Below are positions 11,280-26,053 of a DNA stretch of 64,000 nucleotides, piece by piece. The stretch comes from Octopus vulgaris (lineage: Eukaryota), in the NCBI GenBank assembly GCA_951406725.2, contig OX597826.1, positions 69,068,001 through 69,132,000 on the forward strand. The letters are read 5' to 3'. The notes under the pieces were generated by a model. It did no database searches. It had not been told where the DNA came from and worked only from the letters and a program-made list of their open reading frames with translations. The translations under genes and the position numbers were made by a program. Positions within the stretch are counted from its first letter, which is position 1; every line of letters starts with the position of its first letter.

Positions 11280-11695
11280 CGCCTACATACACCCACACAC
11301 AAACATACACGCACGAACACGCACACACTAACACGCGCATACACAAACACATAACACACACACGTACACACGGACACACACACAACACGCCCCCCCCCCC
11401 ACGAACACACACATTCACACGCACACACATACACACACAAACACACAAACGCACAAGGACACACACACATACACACACAAACACACACACATACTAACAC
11501 GCACACATACAAACACACACACGCAACCCCCCCCACGAACACACACAAACTCTCACACATACATATAGAACACACACACAAACTCTCACACATACATATA
11601 GAACACACACACAAACTCTCACACATACATATAGAACACACAAATACACACACACAGACACACATACACATGGACACACAGACACACATACACAG
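11280..11695. repeat. (CA)n-rich array with 30-bp unit CACACACAAACTCTCACACATACATATAGA x3
   Basis: Direct observation. Confidence 0.9.
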
Positions 11696-12273
11696 GCACC
11701 CCCATGTAAGTTGCTTGCTGGAAGGTGTTCGCCATAGTCAATTAGTACACTACAGGACACGTGATTGCAAATAAAACAATGCTTACGTTGGCAGGACCTC
11801 CATAAAAGCTTTCTTATAATCACGATAAATCGGTCAAAGTTCACTGTAGTTTAAGGATTAGGGCGTGGTGGAGAAGTGGATGTATGTGTGTGTAAGTGTT
11901 CGCCCGCGTGTGTGAGCGTGTATGTATGGGTCTGTTTGAGTGCGTGTGTGTGCGCGTATGTGTGTTTGAGAGGTGAGAGAGAGGGAGAGAATTGGGTATT
12001 TCTCCAGAGGAACGTTTGAAATTCTGGTTCACCGGTTTCAATTGAGAGAATCGACTAACTTGATGCTATTGCCCTCCGATAAACCCTTGGATAATTGTCC
12101 CACAATTGTCTTTATCTCTCTCTCTTTTCCCCTATTATATTTTTGACCCGTTAATCAACTAACCACTAACCATATATATGTATATATACATATATGAGTG
12201 TGTATGTGTGTGTGTTTGTGTGTGTCTGCGTGTGTCTGCGTATACATACATATATATATTTATATATAAATAT

Positions 12274-12444
12274 AGGCGCGGGAGTGGCTGTGTGGTAAGT
12301 AGCTTGCTTACCAACCACATGGTTCTGGGTTAATTTATTTGGGCAAGTGTCTTCTACGATAGCCTCGGGCCAACCAAAGCCTTGTGAGTGGATTTGGTAG
12401 ACGGAAACTGAAAGAAGCCCGTCGTATATATGTATATATATATA

Positions 12445-12483
<39 letters not shown>

Positions 12484-12700
12484 GTGTGTGTGTGTGTGTT
12501 TGTGTGTCTGTGTTTGTCCCCCAACATCGCTTGACAACCGATGCTGGTGTGTTTACGTCCCTGTAACTTAGCGGTTCGGCAAAAAGATACCGATAGAATA
12601 AGTACTAGTCTTACAAACAATAAGTCCTGGGGCCGATTTGCTCGACTGAAGGCGGTGCTCCAGTATGGTCACAGCCAAATGACTGAAACAAGTAAAAGAG
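12274..12700 (+). mobile_element. SINE family A (B-box region partly deleted)
   Basis: Matches 2357-2796 except ATCCCACTGCGTGGCACC is absent/replaced. Confidence 0.9.
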
Positions 12701-12997
12701 ATATACATGTGTATGGGAGGTGAATAAAATCAAAATATGCAACAGGATATCAAGAACTGATGCTGTACGGCCGTTTCAAGCGGCTCCTTTTAATTGAACA
12801 ATGCAATCATTATGTCAATTTAAATGCAGAGCTATCATCAGCTTCACAAATAAATAGAATTTCAATCAGTCGGACACATTAATATAATTTTACTTAAATA
12901 CTTTTTAACAGAGCAAGAAGACGGAAGAAATCGATGCTGTCCCTATTGTTGCTAAGAATATACTACGTTTCCAAGAAAGGCATGAAGCTTACTGGAT

Positions 12998-13731
12998 GAT
13001 TCAGCGTAACACAGAGTGTGACAAGGCTGGCTGGCTTTTTTGAATTACACATCCTACTCGTTTTTGCCAGCGGCATGGACAGTGGAGCAGACTAAAATAA
13101 AATATCGTACTCAAAGCAAAAATGTGTCGGTCGCCGGGCGCGAAATTGTTTTTCCCACGAGACTTCTGGACCCTAGTAATGAACTCATTTGCATACAGCT
13201 AATCAGAGCTCACATTAATTTTATTGTTAACAAGCACATTCTACCAAGTACACTGAAGACGAAGAACGGTGTTGTAAGTCCACCGATCACCAAGTTATGT
13301 CTGATTTTGAAAGGAGACAAGTAATTAGTTAGATTTGCATCTATGCCTATTATCGGATTTTGTTAGGGCCCCATATGGTAAAGATGTGGATAGGGAAAAC
13401 GTGGGTAGAATGTTTTAGAAAATAAGCAACAACACAAATAACTACGCAGAAGTAACCATGGTTGAAACAAGAACAAGAACAACAAGCATTCTTAAAAGAG
13501 AAAAGAAGCATGGTCATTCCTTACCCTAGTGACCTTATCTTATCGCCCATCACTTGTAATGCCCTCATAAATTACTTTGATAGTTGAGCTCTGATTGGCT
13601 GTATGCAAATGAGTTCATAACAAGGCTCCGGAACTCACATGGGGAAAAAAAGTAATTTCGCTCGCTGGGCATCGAACTCATAACAGTGAATTCGTGAAGC
13701 AAACACCTTAACCATTCAGCCACGAAGCTTC
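12998..13731 (-). mobile_element. SINE family B, interrupted by a MITE
   Basis: Body at 12998-13139 and tRNA-like head at 13662-13731 flank the MITE. Confidence 0.7.
13140..13661. mobile_element. Mutator-like MITE
   Basis: ~75-bp imperfect TIRs GCGAAATT...ATTTGCATACAGCTAATCAGAGCTCA; 9-bp TSD TCGCCGGGC (13131-13139)/TCGCTGGGC (13662-13670). Confidence 0.8.
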
Positions 13732-14072
13732 ACAACTAATTAGACACATTCTTGTTAGTTCTCAAGCTTGTCTTTCAGTCAATCGAACAACTAAACTGTA
13801 ATCGTCAATCGACAGAGGTTGCCCTATAGATATATGTATATATATATATACTATCTAAACATGATACAGTAGCAAACTACAGAAATGAAAAACAGAGAAC
13901 AAAAAGAGGATCAACCACACCAATTAAAGAGAGCAGAATTTAATCCGACAGAGATAGATGTATTTATACGTGAGTGTGTATAAGTGTATGATATCGAATA
14001 TATATGTGCATGCATGTATGAGTCTGTATGTATGTAAATATACACGCACGCCCACACAAATATATAAGTATA

Positions 14073-14208
<136 letters not shown>

Positions 14209-14493
14209 GAGAAACAGACAAAGAGACAGAGAGACAGACAAACAGATAGATAGATAGATAGATAGATGGATAGATAGATAGATATAATATAAACATATAC
14301 ATATATACACACATACACACACAAGATCAGATATCTGTAAATATATATAAATATATATTTATAAATGAGTATATATATGTGTGTGTGAGAGTGTGTGTGT
14401 GTGTGTGTGTATGTGCGTGTGTATGTATATATATATATATATGCCTATATATATGTATGTATATATATACATATATACATGTATATATATATG

Positions 14494-14524
<31 letters not shown>

Positions 14525-15234
14525 ATATATACACATATACATGTATGTCTATATATATGCATACTTGCATATATATATATATATTTCTATACATATATAT
14601 TGTATTTTTAGGTATATATACACATATACATATGTGTCTGTGTATGTGTGTATGTATGTTCACACATTTATGCAAACATATAGATTTGTACACACTCCCA
14701 TATATAGTAACACACATGTATTCCAATACATACGCATTTCACGTACACAAATACACAACGGATTAGTAGGTTAAATCAGATTATCGGATGAAAAACGTAA
14801 ATTAGTTTGGAGGAGGTTGAAAACGAGGTTTGGGTTGGAGGGAAAGAAAAAATGGCGAACGGAAAAACACCGACCAAACCACACTAGAAAAACCAAGCCA
14901 TTCAGATAAAAAAGGAAAAATAAAGAAAGGAAGACATGAAGAAAGGATGAAAGAATGGGAAAAGAAAGACTAATGATTAGGATTTTTGAAGTAAAGACAA
15001 AAATCCATGAAGAAAGGACGTAATTAAAAATTAGAAGATTCTTTCTTCAAACAGTGGAAAGTCAATGATGGCGGACTGGTGAAGAATTGCCTAATAGGAG
15101 AGCGAAAGAAACAATGATATAGAGATATACATATATATATATATGTACGTATACATATATGAACGGGCACACATTGTGATATATATGCGTACACATGCAT
15201 ATATACATACACACACACACATATATATATTATT

Positions 15235-15269
<35 letters not shown>

Positions 15270-16064
15270 GTACGTATCTGCATGCATCTGTGTATCTATA
15301 TACATATGTGTATAAGTGTTGGTATATAAGTACATATACTAGTATATCTGTATATCTCTCTCTATATATATATGTGTGTGTGTATTCATATGCTTAAGTC
15401 TGTCTTTGTGTGTATGTTTGCGGATCTATGTGTGTTTACGTGCGTGTTCGTGTTCACGCGTGCATATGTGTGCACGTGTGTGCGTGCGTGCGTATGGGTG
15501 TTTTGTATATGTGTGCGTGCATGCGCGGGCTCGTGTGTTTGTTTACAAGAGTATATTCTTCGTTAATTATTTTCCGAGAAGGAAAACATTTCCAAAAATA
15601 ATCACGCAAACAATCAAACTTGAAAGAAAGAAAATAAAAAAAAACAGACAAACAATTACGTAAACAGAAATAAAAAAGGAAAACAGCAACAATGCCACGG
15701 TTTGGGAAAAGGATTCTTGGAAGGGAGATAAAGAAAAAATGGCGGTTTTTGCATTGTTCTCCATCATGTTGTTTCTTATTTTGTTTGTGTTGGTAAAATG
15801 GTAAAATTATAAACACTGTCAGTCACTCATATACACATACAAACATATATACATGCATATATATATGTACATATATATTCATATATATATGCATATATAT
15901 GTATATACATATATTTATATATCTATATATATATATATATATATATATGTATACACACACACATACACACATACACACACACACATATATATATATACTT
16001 TGTGTGTGGGTGTCTATATATAAGTATATATATATATTTATGTGTGTGTAGGAATGCTTGTATG

Positions 16065-16106
<42 letters not shown>

Positions 16107-16477
16107 TACTTATATATAGACATATATATGTACTTACACAAATATATGTACGAATGTATGTATAGGTATACATGGATATATATGTGTGTGTATCTGTGTA
16201 TGCATATGTGTTTGTATATATGTATACATGCATATGTAGTTGGATTTTTCGTGTTTAGGGGCTTCGATATGTTTATATGCTCACATGTATAAATATATAT
16301 GTACTTGCATAAATACATACGCACATACATACATGTGCGCGTAAGTGTGTGTATGAGTGTGTGTGTACGTGCATGAGTTTGTGTATGTGTATATATTGAA
16401 AGAAAAAACGTAGTTAAAGAGATAGAGTGTCACGCCGCTATAGAGGGAATGAGAACGTGATGCGATTGTGACAGATA

Positions 16478-16635
16478 GGGATACGAAGAAAAAAAAAAAG
16501 GGACAAAACCACAGCAGAAGCTTTCGAAAAAATGAACAACTATATTAATGTATTCTATGGCGTTCTTTTCTTCTTTTAGAATTTGCTTGCATTCATAGAA
16601 TAACACTTGAAGTAGTGTGCAGATGATGAGTGCCA

Positions 16636-16672
<37 letters not shown>

Positions 16673-16809
16673 GTATATATATATGTATATATATATATAT
16701 ATGTATATATATATCTATCTATCTATATATATATATATATACACATACATATATATATATACACACATATATATACATATATATGTACATATATATACAT
16801 ATATACATA

Positions 16810-16856
<47 letters not shown>

Positions 16857-16877
16857 GCACGTATATATATATATATG

Positions 16878-16920
<43 letters not shown>

Positions 16921-17629
16921 GCGTATATATATATATACTCATATGTATGAAAATATATGTATCTGTCTATATATATGTATGCAAGACTATATGTATTTCT
17001 GTATATATGCCTACACACACACACACACACACACACGCACAAACACACACAAACACACGCACATACATATACATATACACATATATACATACATATTTTG
17101 ATACGTGTACGTACAGTTGTGCTTTGTTTGTGCTTGTGTATTTGTGTATGCCCGTTATAGTTTTCTCTATATTTATGAATACGTTTCTTCGACTCCCTTT
17201 TTTATTGTGGCTTTTGTCAGCAGTTCTTTGGGTGTTTAATTTCTAGCATCTTTAAACTGAGCAGATACAAGGACAAATAGAAACGTGTTTGCACGTGACA
17301 CGGAAAGGGATACAAGAAAAAAAAAAAAGGGACAAAACCACAGCAGAAGCTTTCGAAAAAATGAACAACTATATTAATGTATTCTATGGCGTTCTTTTCT
17401 TCTTTTAGAATTTGCTTGCATTCATAGAATAACACTTGAAGTAGTGTGCAGATGATGAGTGCCATGCATATAATATATATATTATATAATATATGTATGT
17501 ATATATATATGTATATATATATATATGTATATATATCTATCTATCTATATATATATATATATACACATATATATATATATACACACATATACATATATAT
17601 GTACATATATATACATATATACATATATA

Positions 17630-17667
<38 letters not shown>

Positions 17668-17672
17668 AGACA

Positions 17673-17726
<54 letters not shown>

Positions 17727-18007
17727 TATATAATTGCGTATATATATATATACTCATATGTATGAAAATATATGTATCTGTCTATATATGTATGCAAGAC
17801 TATAGAAGGAAGCTGATATTCCTTGAAGAGAATACACACACACACACGCACAAACACACACAAACACACGCACATACATATACATATACACATATATACA
17901 TACATATTTTGATACGTGTACGTACAGTTGTGCTTTGTTTGTGCTTGTGTATTTGTGTATGCCCGTTATAGTTTTCTCTATATTTATGAATACGTTTCTT
18001 CGACTCC
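16478..18007. repeat. Local duplication 16478-17196 / 17307-18007, probably an assembly artefact
   Basis: Non-microsatellite portions nearly identical; spacer is a mosaic of neighbouring sequences. Confidence 0.8.
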
Positions 18008-18449
18008 ATATTGGTGGGAGAATGGCTTCTGTTTTGGTGTGAAGCATCTTTACAACTGAGCAGATACAAGGACAAATAGAAACTGTGTTTGCATCTTTTT
18101 CTCGTGCATTTTCACGGAAAGCGTCATACACACATTATTCAAAAGCACATACTTATATATACAAACATTTCACAGGCAATACAGAACACACACACACACA
18201 CACACACACAATACTACGACACATATATTAATACATGCAGCTGGGAAAGTTTCACAAACAGATGCATGTGCAATACCCAATATAATAGCATAGATTGATA
18301 AAAATCGTATGAAAACATATTTATGTACAGCAAACATATATATGTATACTTATGCAAATAAACAAAAACATAAGATGTCCAAGACACTGCACCACATATC
18401 AGCTAGGCAAACTAGGATACAAACTTAGGAAGGTACAAATACTTCATGC

Positions 18450-19430
18450 AGAGGTAGCACTGGGAAAGCCAAGAGATTATATATTCTGATAGCTAGCATA
18501 TATACATGGAAGATCCTAGGAAGCTGACTTCTGAAGAGAATACTTGCTGCCAGACACCCAACATGGTTCCATAAATCATGTAATGTAACAGACTATAGTG
18601 AGATCAAATGAAGTGATATATCTCGACTTTGCAAGGCCTTTGATAAAGTCGATCTGGATCCTTCCTGCGTGATCTCAACATAGTGAAAACTGGGAGAATA
18701 GCTCATGACTTTCTGAATCAGCTGGTAGTAGCCAATGGGGCCACCTCAAACACACAAATAGTGAGCGGTGCGCACCACTCAAAGGATGGAATAACAACTC
18801 TCATTTATATCAAGAATATATCAAATATATGTCACAAATATATATAAATAAAAAACTGAGAGAATGAACATAATAATAGAATATACAAATGGAGAGAAAT
18901 ATAAATAAATATACTATTATAATATCTAAATATATATATATATACACATGATAACCAGATACAATAGTGCGTGATTTATTCACAGTGATACAGAATTACT
19001 ATGTACATGGCTAATATAAAATGAACATTGAGAACAAGCCAGATACTATGATGAAAATAAGCAATCTATAAATATGTGCAAGAACATCCAGATATTCACA
19101 GATAGCGCGAAACACGTACACATAGAAGATAGCACATATATAATAATGTAAGTGGCTACTGGACTTAGAAAATTATATTCATGGAAAAATATGCCAAATA
19201 TGAATCTGAGAGCTTTGTCACAGAACTTTGGCATCGAGAGTTACGCAAATGCCAGAACTGGGCGCCACTGCTTGGTGCCTAGGACTCAAACCTGCCACCA
19301 AGATAATAGGACAAGATATCTATAATAATCCTGGGCTAGCACGAGGCCCACAGCTCTTCAGATATACTCCCGAAGAACCTGAGAGACCTGCATGGGGTGG
19401 ATACAGATATATAAAATGAAGCTGGATACT
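18450..19430 (+). mobile_element. Scrambled CR1/L2-group LINE reverse transcriptase and C-terminus
   Basis: Fragments translate as LLPDTQHG, VIYLDFA/AFDKVD, VVANGATS, TQIVSG, NFGIESYANARTGRHCLVP, RGPQLF, ILPKNLRDLHGVD. Confidence 0.8.
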
Positions 19431-19445
19431 AAATCATAAGCTATC

Positions 19446-19505
<60 letters not shown>

Positions 19506-19842
19506 TGATAATACACACACAAATACTCGCGTCCATGTCAACATGTGGTTCCGAGTTATACCGGAAGTAGCTGATTAAACCTAGGGAACGCATACTGAGA
19601 AACTGATCTCTGGGGAGATCTCTGATCTCTGAGGAATGTTACTTGTGGCCCTTTCTATTAGACCTGACGTCCATCCGACACATTTCTGACAGCTCTTTTT
19701 GGTTTTTACATAATTTTGTTCACTATCATGGTATATTACAAGATGATCCTTTGGTAAAAGTCTCTTTCTAAAGGTGGGGCAATGGGACCATGAAAATGGT
19801 GTGTCTTGATTGCGTGGCTAATAAATTTCAATCAACAATATT

Positions 19843-20427
19843 ATTTTCTACTCTAGGCACAAGGCCCGAAATTTTGGGAGGCGGGACCAGTCGATTAGAT
19901 CCACCCCAGTATGCAACTGGTACTTAATTTATCGAACCCGAAAGGATGAAATGCGAAGTTGACCTTGGCGAAATTTGAACTTAGAACGTAAAGTCAGATG
20001 AAATACCTATTTCTTTTCTACCCATAAGGGGCTAAACACAAAGAGGACAAACAAGGACAGACAAGGGGATTAAGCCGATTATATCGACCCCAGTGCGTAA
20101 CTGGTACTTACTTAATCGACCCCGAAAGTATGAAAGGCAAAGTCGACCTCGGAGGAAATTTGAACTTAGAACGTAAAAGGCAGATGAAATACCTATTTCT
20201 TTACTACCCACAAGGGGCTAAACACAGAGAGGACAAACAAGGACAGACAAACGAATTAAGCCGATTATATCGACCCCGGTGTGTAACTGCTACTTAATTT
20301 ATCGACCCCGATAAGGATGAAAGGCAAAGTCGACCTCGGTGGAATTTGAACTCACAACGTAACGGCAGACGAAATACGGCTACGCATTTCGCCCGACGCG
20401 CTAACGTCTCTGCCAGCTCGCCGCCTT
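19843..20427 (-). mobile_element. SINE family C, array of three ~185-bp units
   Basis: Head (minus GGCGGCGAGCTGGCAG...GAGTTCAAATTCC) at the right end; body units repeat at ~19976, 20161, 20347. Confidence 0.9.
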
Positions 20428-20694
20428 ATATCTGCCATTATATTATTTGATTCACACTTCCCTTTTCCGCTAAGTGATATTTTTAATGATACTTAGAAGT
20501 TCCGAGTGTTACTGATTTCAATTTCCCTCTTCAACATAGACATAAGGACATTACTTAATAGGAATAACCTTATAGTAAGTTACAGTTGCATCGCTGTGAT
20601 GAAAAAATAATTTATAATCCTTCTAAATTAACTGAGAAATACTGTTTCCAGTATTAGTAACATGTGTACACTAAATCAGCCATACAATATTGAA

Positions 20695-20770
<76 letters not shown>

Positions 20771-20775
<5 letters not shown>

Positions 20776-21138
20776 AATCATCACGTAAGTGACTAAGGGT
20801 GCAAATCATCACCAGTATTGCTAGATTGCTAGAAACAAGAGTCAAAACAACTCTACGCCACGAGCAAGCACTTATCTAATGACTAACAAGAGAGACAAGC
20901 TCACTAACACAAGTCAGATTGAGCCAGATCATCGATGATTTCGGATTTGATTAATCCTCATCAGCGACACTAACTGAGTTGCCACAGGCTAAACTTAAGT
21001 CGCCTAGTTGTCATTTAATAGAAAATACCACAGTAATCAGAGACTGATTCCGTAAAATGGTAAATTGAAAAATATAAATTATTAAAGTGGCTATTCGCAA
21101 TTTACAACCAAAAGGCACAAGTACAAACATCACTACAG

Positions 21139-21140
<2 letters not shown>
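20771..21140 (-). mobile_element. ~349-bp retrozyme-like unit with terminal redundancy (copy 2)
   Basis: AGTACAA(T/A)CATCAC at 20771 and 21120; between (TA)n and (CA)n; homologous to 1878-2220. Confidence 0.65.
20930..20969 (-). ncRNA. Hammerhead ribozyme-like motif
   Basis: Minus strand: TGTCG-CTGATGA-GGATT-AATCA-AATCC-GAAA-TCAT-CGATG; core and stem II canonical, stem III/cleavage linker atypical. Confidence 0.6.
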
Positions 21141-21223
<83 letters not shown>

Positions 21224-21246
21224 TGTATTATAATATATCAAAATAA

Positions 21247-21762
21247 AATGCGAAGTTGACCTTGGCGAAATTTGAACTTAGAACGTAAAGTCAGATGAAA
21301 TACCTATTTCTTTTCTACCCATAAGGGGCTAAACACAAAGAGGACAAACAAGGACAGACAAGGGGATTAAGCACTATTTTATCGAAGTATTATATTTGGA
21401 CACTGTACTTAATCGACCCAATTTAGACATATGAATGACAAAGGCAAATGCATCTGGAGGAAATTTGAACTGGAATAGAAATATTTATGAAATATAGATT
21501 AATACTATAATTTCTGTCTGCTAAACACAGTAATTCTAAGGACAAACAAGGACAGACAAACGAATATATTTATCAAATGGTGTGTACACGCTACTTAATA
21601 TATCGACCCCGATAACTGATGACATTATCGTATTGAACTCACAACGTAACGGCAGTAACGAAATAGATGTACGCATTTCGCCGTGCGCTATATGCCAGCT
21701 CGCCGCCTTATATCTGCCATTATATATTTGATTCACACATATATTTCCGCTAAGTGATATTT
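21247..21762 (-). repeat. Mosaic second copy of 19950-20485 (family C array plus flank)
   Basis: First ~125 bp match 19951-20075, then patchy matches including the unique flank CCGCCTTATATCTGCCATTATAT. Confidence 0.75.
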
Positions 21763-21909
21763 TCCCATCTATTGCACATGTGAATTCTGCTTCATTTTCT
21801 TTTAATATTTTCCCTTTAGTTCCACTGCGCGGCACATTGGGCAAAGGATTTGTATTAAAGCCAGCGACCTACTAGTGTTTTGTGAGTGAATTTCTTTGAC
21901 GAAAACTCT

Positions 21910-22046
21910 TGCTTACCAACCACATACTTCTGGGTTCCTTCCACTGCGCGGCACCTTGGGCAAGTGTCTTCTACTATAGCCTCGGGCCGACCAAAGCCTT
22001 GTGGGTGGATATGGCAGACGGAAACTGAAAAGAACCCATCCTATAC

Positions 22047-22122
<76 letters not shown>

Positions 22123-22396
22123 GTATTATGTATGTATGTATGTATGTATGTAGGTATGTATGCATGTATGTATGTGTGTGTATATGTTTATGTGTCTGTG
22201 TTTGTCCCCACCAACATCGCTTGACATCCGATGCTGGTGTGTTTACGTCCCCGTAACTTAGCGGTTCGGCAAAAGACAGCGATAGAATAAATACTAGGCT
22301 TCCAAAGAATAAGTCATGGATGGGGTCGATTTGCTCGACTAAGGGCGGTGCTCCAGCATAGCCGCAGTCAAATGCCTGAAACAAGTAGAAGAGTAA
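21910..22396 (+). mobile_element. SINE family A, 5'-truncated
   Basis: Homology to 2357-2796. Confidence 0.9.
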
Positions 22397-22804
22397 AAAA
22401 CGTAAAAATAGTATAATAAATATCTGCGCTCCTCGCCACGGCCATTGTTATATATTTCTCTTACACTTCATCCTCACAACTGCTTTAAATTAACTTCGAC
22501 ATTTTGTCCGCGAATAATACTATTTCTCATTTATTTTGTAATTTTTCAATAATTTACTGTAAATATAACAAGTTACGTCCCTCTCTACACACCCCAGTCT
22601 GCCCCACATTAGGATATAGTCTGAAATACGTTGAAAGAAAAATTTTTTATGATTGTTTAATTAATTACAAGCTTAATATCTTGATTACATATGAAACTTT
22701 TTCGATATTTATTCTATAAACGAACACATAAATGAGTGTATGTCTGTGTATATGTGTGTGTATATCTACATAATTACATGTGTGTGTGTGTGTGTGTGTA
22801 TACA

Positions 22805-22870
22805 CAGGGTTGGCCAAAATACACCTGGCAGTAAATCAAAACCATTTAATTCGAAGATTTATTTATGATT
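22805..22870 (+). mobile_element. Possible solitary Tc1/mariner terminal fragment
   Basis: CAGGGTTGGCCAAAA resembles Tc1/mariner-type TIR starts; no partner TIR found. Confidence 0.35.
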
Positions 22871-23049
22871 AACAACTGAATGAATTGAATAAAGGCATCA
22901 AGATATGAAACATCATGAAACTTGTGGAAAACGGAAGTCCTTCTTGAGGGACACATTTTCCCATTCGAGCCAATAGAGAATTACAGATAATATTTATGGA
23001 ATTTTGTTTCACTTTGAGGAGCTTAATACTGCTGCCACCCAGGTTAGTA

Positions 23050-23451
23050 TCTTCTTTCCACTCAGATTCAATTCCGGGTGGCAAACTGAAGACCCAAGCC
23101 CTCGTTTACTTCTTCCCACAATAAGTGGGAAGGAACCAAAATTTCCTTGCCCTCCAAGAGCTAGCTCGCACATTTGCAAGCTTTTTCGGGGACCGTTGCA
23201 TATTTGATCCCCCGAGCGATAAACTTAATGGTTGGCATATAATCTGCCAGCTCTTTTTCAATCATTTCTTTCTGGAAGACGGCTAGGGTGAGTAAGTTCT
23301 CAACACCACCGTCTTCCTTTCAAATTCTTCTAACCATTTTTGGGGAGGTATTATTTCTCAATTCTGTACTTGTTTTTTTTTACCATGTGAAAAATTAAAA
23401 GTTCTAAAGACAGTCTACAAATAAAGAAAAAACAAAAATAAATTAACAAAT

Positions 23452-23483
<32 letters not shown>

Positions 23484-23945
23484 CAGCTCATATATGTTTT
23501 ACAAATGAAAGACAGAAGAAGAAAACCAGAGTTCAAAATACAGCAGAAACAAATATTTTTTGGCCACACGGTTCTCCCGGCCTTCACAGTATTTTCTCAA
23601 TTCTTGTCCAATTCCTCGAAATTGTCTTTTTTTTCTTCAAAAAAAAAAAAATTCCACGAAGTTACAGGTTAAATTGGAGGCGGAACACACCTCCAAACAA
23701 CAATTCTCACTATTAAGTGGGTAAAACACACTGCTCTACCGCAGGCAGACCGATAGCTTAGAATCCAGTGAGGACTCCTTGCTTGTACAAAAAAATAAAT
23801 CTCACAAACAACGGACCCCACTGGACCCAAAATGCAAAAAATCTTACAGTAGAGCCTCTTTCAATTACAATTTTCGTCCGCTGCACACTAGCATAACGAC
23901 TTCCAAAAGTGATTGAAGAACACTGAATTACCGGAACCGGAAGCG
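23050..23945 (-). mobile_element. Probable 5' UTR and decayed ORF1 N-terminus of a LINE
   Basis: Minus strand begins CTTCCGGTTCCGG; frameshifted peptides LEEFERKTVVLRTYS, EMIEKELADYMPTIKFIARGIKYATV, FLPTYCGKK*TRAWVFSLPPGIESEW look ORF1/RRM-like (recognition only). Confidence 0.5.
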
Positions 23946-24944
23946 AGCTTCTCACAACACAACAACGTTTGTATATATATATATATATATATTTATAAAT
24001 ACGTATATATATACATGTATGTATGTATGTACATATATATATATATGTATATATATGTATATACGAACACATAAATGAGTGTATGTCTGTGTATATGTGT
24101 GTGTATATCTACATAATTACATGTGTGTGTGTGTGTATATATATATGTATACATCTATACACATATACATATACACACATATATAAAGAGCAATTATCAA
24201 TTGGGGAAGGGACTCAATAGAAAAGCTAAGTGAATTGAATAAAGGCATCAAGATTTTACTGGCGTCGAAGTTTTGAGAAACTGCTTCTGGTAATATTCTG
24301 AAAAAAAAAACATTTTCATTCCATGTATCTCATAAACACTTTGAGGAGCTTAATACTGCACGCACACACACACACACGCACACACACACTCACACACACA
24401 CACAAATGAACATAAACACACCCGACACGTATACACACGCATACATATACATATATGTGACCGTGTCTAACTATGGTTAGTTGTGTGTGTGCGTGTGTGT
24501 TTGTGTGAGTGCGTGCCCATACTATATATGTAATTGTAAGTGTGTGTGTGTGTGTATGTGTTGAACGTGTGCATGTGTGTGTGTGTATTTACACATATGT
24601 ACATATATTCTAACCTACTATTTACTATATTGATCAAGTGTTTCCTTATATACATTATTCATTCAGTTGACTAAGAAAATAATTTGTTTCGAGGATTAGG
24701 CTTGCGTGTGTATGTGTGTGTGTTCGCCTGCGCGGGCGTGTGTGTGAATAGTTCTGAGCAATATTTGTGCCCCTCGCTAATTTAAATAATACATTTTGTT
24801 ACGCAGAAAAGGAGAAACGTTAGATATCTGAAAAATCTACCTCCGACGAATGACTCTAACGGTCGAAATATTACACTTCCTGTGGGCCTCGTTTATAAAT
24901 AATTCAGTGAAATTTAACAGCTTTTCGCATGTAATCACCTGGTG

Positions 24945-25255
24945 CTCCTGTTTCGACCACAAGCATTCAAGGTGATCTGATCAGCGGAACAGAGTGTTCG
25001 TGAAATTAATTTACAGGTGCCTGAGCACTCTAAGACAAGCATGCCCTTAACGGGGTTCTCAGGGAGATTCAGAATGAGACATAATGTGAAAAGCTGGGCA
25101 CTTTGAAATACAAGCACTATTCATTTTCGCCATCTATATGGACTGGAGGAAAGTAAAATAAAATATCTTGCCTAAGGACACAACGCGCCGCCTGAAATCG
25201 AACGTGCAGCTTTACAATCGAGTGTCGATTACCCTAACCACTGAGCCACACGTCA
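24945..25255 (-). mobile_element. SINE family B, full length, decayed
   Basis: Reverse complement of 629-950 including head (CCCTAACCACTGAGCCAC). Confidence 0.8.
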
Positions 25256-25923
25256 CACTTTTGTATACTATATATAGATATATAGAGATATATATACTGT
25301 CATGTAGATGTACTTTGTATATACATATTTATATACTGTGAATATATATACATAGATATATATTTATAAAGAATATTTGAAAACGTTCTAAAGATCGCAA
25401 GAATAAGCACTGCCTTGTGTATAATCAAAATATTTATTTCTGAAAGAGCAAATTCACCTTGTCACAAGGATTGGTGGCTGCTATAATTCCTACCCATCGA
25501 TGTTGTTCTGTATCAAGTCAGCAGTGAACCTGCAACCTATGTCTGTTATTTCTTCCTGCTTTTTTTTCCGATATATTGTATCTAGGACTAACTAGGACTA
25601 GCTAGGACTCAACCGATTCTTTCATGTTTTATTTTCTTAAGAAACGGCTGGGTCTGATGAGGTTTGATGTAACGGAAGATGTGAATCATATTCCGGGTGG
25701 TTAAAGTAACCGCGTAGGAGTTCTTCTCCCGACTAGGGAGGTCTGGTAATATCGTGTAAACATTCGATTGCTCAACCACAAAATGAGACGAGTGGCTGCA
25801 AAAGTTTAGACACTGGCGATCTGGCACAGTTAATATTACACGTTTTAAGACAGTATTTTAGGCACTAGAGACAAACACACACACACACTCACACATATGT
25901 ACGATAGAAATGTACATATAAAA

Positions 25924-25924
<1 letters not shown>

Positions 25925-25988
<64 letters not shown>

Positions 25989-25998
25989 TAGATAGATT

Positions 25999-26053
<55 letters not shown>

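Noticed and set aside
16430-16636. [17 protein letters not shown]... resembling a signal peptide (second copy at 17217-17465)
   Set aside because: Starts at the edge of (TA)n, has no recognisable domain, and the second copy belongs to the probable artefactual duplication.
19843-20427. CRISPR-like array
   Set aside because: Units are long SINE bodies without unique spacers, in a eukaryotic context with no cas genes.
25650-25685. CTGATGA hammerhead candidate
   Set aside because: No GAAA-UH or stem I follows.
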